Part shown: piece after piece, positions 21,070 to 29,804 of the stretch | Numbering within the stretch: position 1 is the stretch's first letter | Layout of the letters: each line of letters starts with the position of its first letter | From: an uncultured Alphaproteobacteria bacterium | GTDB taxonomy: Bacteria; Pseudomonadota; Alphaproteobacteria; Rs-D84 | Direction: 5' to 3' | NCBI GenBank assembly: GCA_944389555.1 | Contig: CALXMU010000001.1 | Location: forward strand, 68,676-132,675 | DNA: 64,000 bases | The notes under the pieces: generated by a model | What the model was told of the DNA's origin: nothing | Databases searched by the model: none | What the model saw: only the letters and a program-made list of their open reading frames with translations | Program-made: the position numbers and the translations under genes

Positions 21070-22215
21070 ATGGCACGACAAACAAGAGTTTCTAATGCAA
21101 GCATGATGAGTTTTCCAGAAAAACTAAGTCGTTTTTCATGGTCTATGTTTATTCCGATGTGCTTAATTTTAGCAATTTCTATTGTCGTATTATATTCTGC
21201 TGGTGGCGGTTCTTGGCAACCATTTGCTTTCTCTCAACTAATCAAAATTATATTAGGTTTCGGTGTGTTTTTCTTTGCCGCTTTTACCAATATAAAAACT
21301 TGGATAAAGTCTGCATATGTAATTTATATTATCGCTCTTATAATGATTGTATTAGTAACTTTCGTCGGTCATACAGGTATGGGCGCTCAACGATGGTTAA
21401 ATCTTGGTTTCTTTCATGTGCAACCATCTGAACTGATAAAAATTGCTTTGGTTTTAGCGCTGGCTCGTTATTTTGCCTGGATGAATTCCGTGGAACTTAC
21501 TCAAATAAAAAACTATGCTGTTCCAGCTGCGATGTTATTGATACCGTTTTTGCTAATTGTCGCACAACCAGATTTAGGTACAGCTTTATCTTTAGGTATG
21601 ATTACAGTCGGAATGTTCTATATTGTCGGCGCCCAAAAAAAATGGTTTGTAATAGCAATTATTCTAGGGTTAATGGCAGCTCCACTTGTTTGGTACGGTG
21701 GCTTACACGATTATCAACGCGATAGAATCATTACATTTATAAATCCTGACCATGACGCGCAGGGTGCAGGTTATCAAATAAACCAAGCAAAAATTGCTTT
21801 TGGTTCTGGTGGAATGCTTGGTAAAGGTTATATGGCAGGAACGCAATCTCAGCAATCGTTTCTACCTGAAAAGCAAACTGATTTTATATTTACCATGCTT
21901 GGCGAAGAATTCGGTTTTATCGGGGCTTTCGCGCTGCTAATGTTATATACAATTATAATATTAGTATTATTCTGGTGCGCAAAAACTTGTCGAAATAGAT
22001 TTGGACAATTAGTCTGCTTTGGTTTTATGTTGAACTTTTTCATTTATTATTTTATAAATATCTCTATGGTTCTGGGGTTAATGCCGACAGTCGGTGTACC
22101 GTTGCCCTTGATGTCTTTTGGTGGCAGCAGTTTACTTTCACTGATGTTCGGATTTGGTTTATGTCAGAACGCACATATTCATAAAGATCAACAATTATCT
22201 GCCAAAGGAAGTTAA
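21070..22215 (+). CDS. rodA: Peptidoglycan glycosyltransferase RodA (SEDS family)
   Basis: ~10 TM segments, FtsW/RodA signature region; start set at the ATG 2 nt after the mrdA stop. Confidence 0.9.
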   Translation: MARQTRVSNASMMSFPEKLSRFSWSMFIPMCLILAISIVVLYSAGGGSWQPFAFSQLIKIILGFGVFFFAAFTNIKTWIKSAYVIYIIALIMIVLVTFVGHTGMGAQRWLNLGFFHVQPSELIKIALVLALARYFAWMNSVELTQIKNYAVPAAMLLIPFLLIVAQPDLGTALSLGMITVGMFYIVGAQKKWFVIAIILGLMAAPLVWYGGLHDYQRDRIITFINPDHDAQGAGYQINQAKIAFGSGGMLGKGYMAGTQSQQSFLPEKQTDFIFTMLGEEFGFIGAFALLMLYTIIILVLFWCAKTCRNRFGQLVCFGFMLNFFIYYFINISMVLGLMPTVGVPLPLMSFGGSSLLSLMFGFGLCQNAHIHKDQQLSAKGS

Positions 22216-22220
22216 AGATT

Positions 22221-24482
22221 ATGAATTTATTGATAGTCGAATCACCTTCGAAAGCAAAAACAATAGAAAAGTACTTAGGTGCAGGTTGGCGCGTAATCGC
22301 ATCTGTTGGTCACGTTCGTGACCTTGTTCCTGAAAACGGTAGTGTTGACCCAGAGCATGACTTTGCGATGCAATGGCAAATTATGCCGGGAAAAGAAAAA
22401 AATATAAAACAAATTATAGATGAATTAAAAAAAGCAGATGCAGTATATCTTGCATCCGACCCTGATAGAGAAGGGGAAGCCATTGCTTGGCATATTCTTG
22501 ATATATTAAAAAGTAAAAAAGCCTTAGAAGGTAAAAAAGTCTATCGTGTTGCTTTCCATGAAATTACTAAAAAAGCTGTAATGGAAGCAATTCAGCATCC
22601 ACGCGAAATAGATAAAGACTTAGTAGATGCATATCTTGTTCGTCGTGCATTAGATTACCTTATCGGTTTTAGTATATCACCTCTTTTATGGCGCAGAAAC
22701 CTTGGACGCAGCGCAGGTCGCGTACAATCTGTTGCTGTTAAATTAGTTGTTGACCGTGAACGTGAAATAGAATCTTTTAAACCTATTGAATATTGGTCTT
22801 TATCAGCCAACTGTAGTATAAATTCGTCAAATTTTAACGCACAATTATCAAACGTTGACGGTAAAAAAATAGAAAAAATGACTATCGAAAACCGTACGCA
22901 GATAGATGAAATTCTTGAAAAAATCGGTACCCCCGAAATAAACTCAACCGTAATAACAATAGATAAAAAGAAAACATCTCGACGTGCGGCTGCACCTTTT
23001 ACGACAAGTACTTTACAACAAGAGGCGGCAAGAAAGTTATATTTTTCTTCTAAACGCACAATGTCTACCGCACAAAAGTTGTACGAACAAGGTTTAATTA
23101 CATATATGCGTACTGATGCAACTAATTTATCTGCTGATGCGGTAAATGAAATTAGAAGTTATATATCAAAAAATTACGGTGATATTTTTGTTCCAAAAAT
23201 TCCGAACGTTTATGTAACAAAATCAAAAAACGCACAAGAAGCGCATGAAGCCATACGTCCGACACATTTTGATTCAAATTCTACCAATCTAACTGGTGAC
23301 GAAGCAAAACTATATGATTTAATCTGGAAAAGAACTATTGCATGTCAAATGACGAACGCAGAATTTGATAGCGTTTCTGCCGATATAGAAACAGATAACA
23401 AACATGCGATATTTCACGCAGTTGGTACGACGCGTACTTTTGACGGATTTATGAAAGTTTATATAGAAGATAAAGATGATGCCGATGACAATAGTGAAAC
23501 GAAATTACCACCTTTATCAGTCGGAGATAAAATAAAAATCAAAGAACTTATACCTGAACAACATTTTACGCAACCACCTGCACGTTATACAGAAGCGTCT
23601 CTTGTAAAAAAACTTGAAGAACTTGGAATAGGTCGTCCTTCTACTTATGCAACAATTATGTCCACTATAGTTGATAGAAAATATGTTGAACAAGATAAAC
23701 AACGACGCTTTCATCCAACACCAGGTGGATGGGTAATTTCTGCATACTTATCAAAATATTTTGATGAACTTGTTGATGTAAACTTTACTGCAAAAACAGA
23801 AGATACATTAGACGATGTTTCAAACGGTAAAAAAGATAAATTGAGTGCTTTACGAAATTTCTGGACCCCGACTTCCGCAATGATAGATAGTGCTAAAGGC
23901 GTTAAAACAACAGAAATAATAAACGCAATAAATGATATTATGCACCAACATTTATTTACCGATGGTAATGATAAATGTCCTAAATGTGGCGGAAAACTTG
24001 GGATAAAATTATCTAAATACGGTGCTTTTATCGGCTGTGAAAATTATCCGAATTGCGATTACACAAAAAGATTAACTGATTTAGATAATGAAAAAACTTC
24101 CGAAGAAAAACCAGAAAAAAAACAACCTATAAATATTGATTTAGGTGATGGTATATCTTTCCGTGTAGGTAGGTTTGGTCCCTATGTTACAGACGGTAAA
24201 AAGAACGTGCCTGCAAAACAATACAACGAAGAAACTATATCATTAGACATTGCAAAAAATTTATTAGAAAACGGTACAAAAAAAGCAGAACCTGTAAACC
24301 TTGGTGATAATCCTGCGACAGGTAAACCTATATTTTATTATTCAACTGGACGTTATGGAGCATATATATCATCAAATCGGGTAAACGTATCTGTAAAAGA
24401 ACAACCTGATTTAGAAACTGCGATTGACTTAATAAATAATAAGAAGCCAACTACTCGTTTTAAAAGGACAACAAAAAAATAA
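22221..24482 (+). CDS. topA: DNA topoisomerase I
   Basis: TOPRIM N-terminus MNLLIVESPSKAKTIEKYLG, and C-terminal Zn ribbons (CPKCGG...CENYPNC). Confidence 0.95.
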   Translation: MNLLIVESPSKAKTIEKYLGAGWRVIASVGHVRDLVPENGSVDPEHDFAMQWQIMPGKEKNIKQIIDELKKADAVYLASDPDREGEAIAWHILDILKSKKALEGKKVYRVAFHEITKKAVMEAIQHPREIDKDLVDAYLVRRALDYLIGFSISPLLWRRNLGRSAGRVQSVAVKLVVDREREIESFKPIEYWSLSANCSINSSNFNAQLSNVDGKKIEKMTIENRTQIDEILEKIGTPEINSTVITIDKKKTSRRAAAPFTTSTLQQEAARKLYFSSKRTMSTAQKLYEQGLITYMRTDATNLSADAVNEIRSYISKNYGDIFVPKIPNVYVTKSKNAQEAHEAIRPTHFDSNSTNLTGDEAKLYDLIWKRTIACQMTNAEFDSVSADIETDNKHAIFHAVGTTRTFDGFMKVYIEDKDDADDNSETKLPPLSVGDKIKIKELIPEQHFTQPPARYTEASLVKKLEELGIGRPSTYATIMSTIVDRKYVEQDKQRRFHPTPGGWVISAYLSKYFDELVDVNFTAKTEDTLDDVSNGKKDKLSALRNFWTPTSAMIDSAKGVKTTEIINAINDIMHQHLFTDGNDKCPKCGGKLGIKLSKYGAFIGCENYPNCDYTKRLTDLDNEKTSEEKPEKKQPINIDLGDGISFRVGRFGPYVTDGKKNVPAKQYNEETISLDIAKNLLENGTKKAEPVNLGDNPATGKPIFYYSTGRYGAYISSNRVNVSVKEQPDLETAIDLINNKKPTTRFKRTTKK

Positions 24483-26098
24483 TGGGAAAGTATGACAGAA
24501 ATTTTACCGACGAATTACGCGAGCGACTGTCAATTGTTGATGTGGTTGGAAGGCGAGTTCCATTGGTAAAAAAAGGTCAAAATTATTGGGGTTGTTGCCC
24601 TTTTCATAATGAAAAAACACCAAGTTTTTCTGTAAATGAAGATAAAGGTTTTTATCATTGTTTTGGTTGCGGTGAACATGGCGATATAATTTCGTTTATA
24701 ATGAAATCAGAAAACGTTGATTTCAAAACAGCAATAACAGAACTTGCTGCACAAGCAGGATTAAAAATGCCTGATTATAAACCCAAACCTGCTGCCCAAG
24801 TTGAACGTGAAGAATCTTATTATCAAATTATGGAAACTGCGTGCGATATATATCAAAAAAAATTATATGAACCAGAAGGTAATATTGCTTTAAATTATAT
24901 AAGAAACCGTGGTTTTACAGACGATATGATAAAAAAATATCGTATTGGATATGCACCTAAAAATAATATTATCGCAAACAAATTCATAAATGCTAAACAA
25001 GATAATTTACTATCAACCGGTATGTGCAGACGCGGTGAATATGGTATGTATGATTTCTTCCGTGATAAATTGATGTTTCCTATATTTAATGCGCATGGAC
25101 AGATAGTTGCTTTTTCTGGTCGCTCATTAGACGGCAGTGAACCCAAATATATAAATACAAGCGACACAGAATTATTCCATAAAAGAAAAACTATTTTTGG
25201 TTTTAATTTTGCACGAGATGCTATTCACCGCGCTAATCGTAGTATAGTTGTCGAAGGGCAAATAGACGCAATTCAAATGCAATGTCACGGTTTTCCAGAA
25301 ACCGTTGCTCCGCTTGGTACTGCTTTAACAGAAGATCATATAGCAATATTATGTAAAGCAAATAGAAATATCGTTTTTTGTTTTGACGGTGATGCAGCAG
25401 GTCAAAAAGCAGCCGCACGCGCATGTGATATAGTAATGCAATTTTTACGTGATACATCAGAAGTTAAATTTGCTTTTGTTTCTGGTGGTAAAGATCCAGA
25501 TGAAATATTAAAAACTGCTGGTGAATCGGCTATGCATAAAATAATTGATGACGCGATACCATTAGTTGATTTTTTATGGAATATTACGAATAGTGGTTTT
25601 AATGTATCTACACCCGGCGGAAGAAGCCAAGCAGAAAAATTCTTAAAACAAAAACTTGATAAAATTACCGATATTGATTTACGTTCAGAATATGAACATG
25701 AATATAATTCTAGAAAATTTAATCAATGGCATAAATGGAAGAAAACGTCACAAAACTCAATAAAAATTGAATTGCCACAAATTGACGATATAACAAAAAA
25801 CACCGTTATTTTTATAGTGAATAACTATCCTGAAATTGCAGAAAGATATGGGGATTTTCTTGCCAACCTTGATATAGATTTTGATTCAAATGTACCAGAA
25901 ATGGTAATGGATGAAAAAGCAGCAGAAAAATATATAGTTTCTCTAAAATTACAAAAATATATAGAACGTTTACAAAAAGAAAAAAAAGATTTAACAACAA
26001 AACTTTTATCTGGTGAAGACACTAAAAAAGAACTTGTTGAAATAGAAGAAAAGATAAATGATGCGCAACAAAAAATGGATACCTTAATATCAATATAA
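24482..26098 (+). CDS. dnaG: DNA primase
   Basis: Zn-binding CPFHNEKTPSFSV...CFGCGEHGD, TOPRIM domain. Confidence 0.9.
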   Translation: MGKYDRNFTDELRERLSIVDVVGRRVPLVKKGQNYWGCCPFHNEKTPSFSVNEDKGFYHCFGCGEHGDIISFIMKSENVDFKTAITELAAQAGLKMPDYKPKPAAQVEREESYYQIMETACDIYQKKLYEPEGNIALNYIRNRGFTDDMIKKYRIGYAPKNNIIANKFINAKQDNLLSTGMCRRGEYGMYDFFRDKLMFPIFNAHGQIVAFSGRSLDGSEPKYINTSDTELFHKRKTIFGFNFARDAIHRANRSIVVEGQIDAIQMQCHGFPETVAPLGTALTEDHIAILCKANRNIVFCFDGDAAGQKAAARACDIVMQFLRDTSEVKFAFVSGGKDPDEILKTAGESAMHKIIDDAIPLVDFLWNITNSGFNVSTPGGRSQAEKFLKQKLDKITDIDLRSEYEHEYNSRKFNQWHKWKKTSQNSIKIELPQIDDITKNTVIFIVNNYPEIAERYGDFLANLDIDFDSNVPEMVMDEKAAEKYIVSLKLQKYIERLQKEKKDLTTKLLSGEDTKKELVEIEEKINDAQQKMDTLISI

Positions 26099-26126
26099 AA
26101 AAGCCGGTAAAAACCGGCTTAATTTT
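26099..26126. terminator. Bidirectional terminator dnaG/ychF
   Basis: aaaagccggtaaaaaccggctt followed by a T-rich run. Confidence 0.7.
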
Positions 26127-26253
26127 CTAAAAAACAGAGCATAATCTCTTTTAGATTTCTCTAAATTGTAGGCGTTCCCAAAAAATTATTTTTTATGTAC
26201 GCCTCGTTATTTATTATGACACGCCCAAATTAAAAAAAATTTAATAAAATGTG

Positions 26254-27333
26254 TCAATTATTAAATAAAAAGTGACATATATCACCTTCTTGCATTATAT
26301 ATTCTTTTCCTACTAGACGCATTTTACCGGCCTCTTTAACAGCAACTTCGCCGCCAAGTTCTATAAAATCCGAAGGTGAAATAATTTCTGCACGTATAAA
26401 ACCCTTTTCAAAATCAGTATGTATCTTACCAGCGGCTTGCGGAGTAGTCATACCTTTTGTTATGGTCCAAGCATGCGCTTCTTTGGGACCAACAGTATAA
26501 AAAGTTTGTAAACCAAGTGTTGAATACCCAGTACGAATTACCTGATCTAAACCAGATTCTTTTAAACCTAAATCTTCAAGAAACATTTTTCGTTCTTCAA
26601 GATCTACTATTTGAGCTATTTCCATTTCTATCTTAGATGAAATAACTAAAACCGCAGCAGTTTTACCATATTTATCGCGAACAGCGTCAGAAAATTTATT
26701 ACCAGTTGCAGCAGATGCCTCATCAACGTTACACACATAAATAACTGGTTTCGCCGTCAATAAATTAAATGGTGATGCATCTACACCAGATGAACGAGCA
26801 GGTATACCGCGCGCCAACCCCTCACGAATTTTTTTTGCGTCTTCTAACTGTTTGATAGCAACCTTGTCCAGACCATGAGCCTTCTTTTCAAGATTTTTCA
26901 TCTGTTTATCAATACTTTCTATGTCCGCCAACATCAATTCTGTTTCAATAGTATCAATATCAGATAATGGGTCTATACGACCATTTACATGGACAATATC
27001 ATCGTTCTCAAAACATCTAACGACATGTATTATCGCATCAGTTGATAAAATATTACCTAAAAATTTATTTCCTAACCCTTCGCCGGCAGATGCCCCTTTA
27101 ACCAAACCAGCTATATCAACTATTTCTAATTGTGTCGGTATTATTTTCTGAGATTTTGCAACATCTGCTAATTTATGTAAAGTCGCATCTGGTACGACAA
27201 CGCGACCAGTATTCGGTTCTATCGTACAAAAAGGATAATTCTGTGCGTCCGCCGCCGCGCTTTGTGTCAATGCATTAAAAAGTGTTGATTTACCAACATT
27301 TGGTAATCCGACAATTCCACAATTGAATCCCAT
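26254..27333 (-). CDS. ychF: Ribosome-binding ATPase YchF (Obg-family GTPase)
   Basis: G1 GIVGLPNVGKST, TGS C-terminal domain. Confidence 0.9.
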   Translation of the reverse strand: MGFNCGIVGLPNVGKSTLFNALTQSAAADAQNYPFCTIEPNTGRVVVPDATLHKLADVAKSQKIIPTQLEIVDIAGLVKGASAGEGLGNKFLGNILSTDAIIHVVRCFENDDIVHVNGRIDPLSDIDTIETELMLADIESIDKQMKNLEKKAHGLDKVAIKQLEDAKKIREGLARGIPARSSGVDASPFNLLTAKPVIYVCNVDEASAATGNKFSDAVRDKYGKTAAVLVISSKIEMEIAQIVDLEERKMFLEDLGLKESGLDQVIRTGYSTLGLQTFYTVGPKEAHAWTITKGMTTPQAAGKIHTDFEKGFIRAEIISPSDFIELGGEVAVKEAGKMRLVGKEYIMQEGDICHFLFNN

Positions 27334-27360
27334 ATTTATTTCCTTTATAATGCTGATAAT

Positions 27361-28041
27361 ATGTCATACATGTGGGACGAATTCAATATAAAAACCTTTC
27401 CTGCGGAAACAGTTGTTTTCCGTGACGGTGTTTTTTGTCCTGAATTATCAACTATCCAAGGAACTGACTTTTATCATGAATATGACAAACCAATACATAT
27501 AATATATATCGGTGAAATTACCGGTAATAACCGGTTAGATATAAATATTTTTACAAATAATCAAAAAATATTTTTAAGCGCGAAAATAAAAAATAAAAAG
27601 CCGGCTTTTTTAAACATTTTTATAAAAAATTCCGGAAAAAAATCTGAATTTCGTGGAAAGGTATTATTAGAAAATTCAAACACATTAAATTTTGATTGTA
27701 CGGGTGAACATGAAAATTCAGAAAATATGATTTTATTAAAAACTAAATTACTAGCACATAAAAATTCTATATCGAAACTTTCCGGTGTCGCGGTAATAAA
27801 CAAAAATTGTAAAAATGTGACCTCTGATATAAGTTTTTCTGCATTAGCAGAAAAAACAGCACGTATAGAATTTTCTCCTTCACAACGTATATCGTCTGTA
27901 CCAAAAACAGCAGACCATAGCGCCTCAATTTATCAACCTACTATACAACAAATAGAATACCTACGCGAAACTGGTTTGTCTGGCGCAGAGGTAAAAGATG
28001 TATTACATGAAGCTTTTATAAATGATTTTTCTTTATTTTGA
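27361..28041 (+). CDS. Truncated SufB/SufD-family beta-helix protein (226 aa) with no suf partners nearby
   Basis: Repetitive beta-helix-like I/L pattern; the C-terminus SIYQPTIQQIEYLRETGLSGAEVKDVLHEAFI resembles the SufB/D C-terminal helix (GxxDEEQLFYLxSRGIxxEEAxxLLxxAF). Confidence 0.4.
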   Translation: MSYMWDEFNIKTFPAETVVFRDGVFCPELSTIQGTDFYHEYDKPIHIIYIGEITGNNRLDINIFTNNQKIFLSAKIKNKKPAFLNIFIKNSGKKSEFRGKVLLENSNTLNFDCTGEHENSENMILLKTKLLAHKNSISKLSGVAVINKNCKNVTSDISFSALAEKTARIEFSPSQRISSVPKTADHSASIYQPTIQQIEYLRETGLSGAEVKDVLHEAFINDFSLF

Positions 28042-28998
28042 TAAACTTTTAGAATTCAAATTTCTTTTCAAAATATTCTTTCCTTTAATAATAATTTTTT
28101 CTTTTCCAAGTCTAAATTTATCAATTCCGTTCTTATTTGAATATTTTTCTTTTAATTTATCAACTTTCTCATAAAAACGTTCTATTCTATCTTTGTAATA
28201 AGCAATCCAACGACGACTAAATCTGGCAACAGACTCTTCTTTACGAGCCGGAATATATGAAATTTCTTTCATACATTTTTCCCAATCATCTTTCGTGGCG
28301 TTTTTTTTAACATAAGTTATATATTTTTTTATTATATCCACTTGTTCCTTACCGCGACTTTTATCTATCTTTCCTCCAGATGCTAAAAATACCTCTATAC
28401 CATTTAAATTAGCGTACATTTCGTCTTCAACCATTGTGTACCCAATCCATTTCATTTTTTGTATAACTTCATTATCTTTATCAGAATCTGGTAAGGTACG
28501 AATATACGACCTGGCGCGTTCCGTTGTTGTATATTTTCTATTTTTAATTTTTCTTTTAAAAAAATCTAATCCAGGAAAAGACCATTTATAATGTCCCGCC
28601 GCAAGTTCTTTACTTTTACGATATGCATGCGTCAATTCATGTGTAAGTATTTCCGCCATCATACTTCTATCAACGGTTACAGTATTACCGTCAACTCTAA
28701 CCGGCATATTTATGTTTAATTCTAACTTTAACTTACCGTTTTTTAAAGAATTACCATTTATAAAAAAAGCGTCTGCAAATTCTTGCGCCTTTCCATCATC
28801 ATATTGTTCCGGTTTCAACCTATAAAAACAAAAGAATACGCGCGAAACATCATCTCTTATAAAATCTGGCGCCAAAGCAGATACATCAGTAGAAGGTATT
28901 CTATATACCGTTTCATCCTGAGGATTTTCTTCTTTCATATATTTATCTATATACTTATCTATAATTGATAATATTTCTTTAGATTTCATTTTGACCAA
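28033..28998 (-). CDS. Hypothetical HExxH zinc-metallopeptidase-like protein (321 aa)
   Basis: AEILTHELTHAY motif with a downstream acidic residue; no signal peptide; Lys-rich C-terminus. Confidence 0.45.
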   Translation of the reverse strand: MVKMKSKEILSIIDKYIDKYMKEENPQDETVYRIPSTDVSALAPDFIRDDVSRVFFCFYRLKPEQYDDGKAQEFADAFFINGNSLKNGKLKLELNINMPVRVDGNTVTVDRSMMAEILTHELTHAYRKSKELAAGHYKWSFPGLDFFKRKIKNRKYTTTERARSYIRTLPDSDKDNEVIQKMKWIGYTMVEDEMYANLNGIEVFLASGGKIDKSRGKEQVDIIKKYITYVKKNATKDDWEKCMKEISYIPARKEESVARFSRRWIAYYKDRIERFYEKVDKLKEKYSNKNGIDKFRLGKEKIIIKGKNILKRNLNSKSLSK

Positions 28999-29047
28999 TC
29001 TATTTTAGATATAAAATAAAAAACCCCATCTTAGGGGTTAAAAATTA

Positions 29048-29182
29048 TTATTTTTTTCTGAAACCCTGTTTTGCCTTTAACTTAGGATTATTAGGGTCAA
29101 TCAATATAACCTGCTTACCACGACGAATTTGTTTTACATTACCGCGTTTTTTCCAGGCTTTTAATGAACTTAAAAATTTCAT
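29048..29182 (-). CDS. rpmJ: 50S ribosomal protein L36, non-zinc (YkgO/RpmJ2-like) type; 44 aa, below the ORF-track cutoff
   Basis: Minus-strand translation MKFLSSLKAWKKRGNVKQIRRGKQVILIDPNNPKLKAKQGFRKK; RBS AAAGGA 8 nt upstream. Confidence 0.7.
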   Translation of the reverse strand: MKFLSSLKAWKKRGNVKQIRRGKQVILIDPNNPKLKAKQGFRKK

Positions 29183-29444
29183 CTCTAAATCCTTTGTTGT
29201 GTGGTCATTATAAACACTTTTTGTTAAAAATCAAATAATATATTAAATATTTGTTGTTTTTATTGGCTCTGTTTATTTTGCTGAAAACAATTTTTAACTA
29301 ATTATTAACAAGTTTTCAACAAATTTTTGTTAGATTTCCGCGGTTTTTTGTAAAAATGTTTATAACTCATGTTAAATAATAAACAGTTGAAAAGTACGGA
29401 TGTTTTTAACATTTTTAACAAAATTTTTAAAATACTTTTTATAC

Positions 29445-29473
29445 TTGTTGAAAATTGTTGAAATTGTTATAAT
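29445..29473 (+). promoter_or_regulatory. Sigma70-like promoter for virB3/virB4 (TTGTTG-17-TATAAT)
   Basis: -35 at 29445-29450, a 17-nt spacer, perfect -10 TATAAT at 29468-29473, 32 nt upstream of the virB3 ATG; it sits in an AT-rich region with repeated ttgaaaa motifs. Confidence 0.5.
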
Positions 29474-29504
29474 TCTAGCAATAGGTGGGAGTAAAAATCC
29501 AAAA

Positions 29505-29801
29505 ATGAAGCAACAAGTATTAAAAGCATTGGCAAATCCGGCGCGAATATTTTACGTGCCTTACTCGCTTGCGGTAATAAATTTTGCGGTACAATTCATT
29601 GTTTTTATTATAGTTTTTGTTTTGGGGTTGATGGTGCAAGGCTCAGATGTAAAGGTCGAACCTATTTACTTTTTGGTGTCCGTTTGCGTTGTTCACATGA
29701 TTTTGGCTTTTTATTCTAAAAAAGAACCTCAATTAGGGCAGATTATATCTGCAAAAATTCAATTATTTAAACAAAAGGTTCCAAGAAGGTTGGCGGCGTA
29801 A
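29505..29801 (+). CDS. virB3: Type IV secretion system protein VirB3
   Basis: ~98 aa, two TM segments, immediately upstream of virB4; start at the internal ATG with a GGTGGGAG RBS. Confidence 0.7.
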   Translation: MKQQVLKALANPARIFYVPYSLAVINFAVQFIVFIIVFVLGLMVQGSDVKVEPIYFLVSVCVVHMILAFYSKKEPQLGQIISAKIQLFKQKVPRRLAA

Positions 29802-29804
29802 GAA

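Noticed and set aside
29190-29400. AT-rich block upstream of virB3 as a possible replication origin or iteron array
   Set aside because: Only short ttgaaaa/aaattttt repeats without regular spacing or DnaA-box-like motifs; more simply explained as a promoter/UP-element region.
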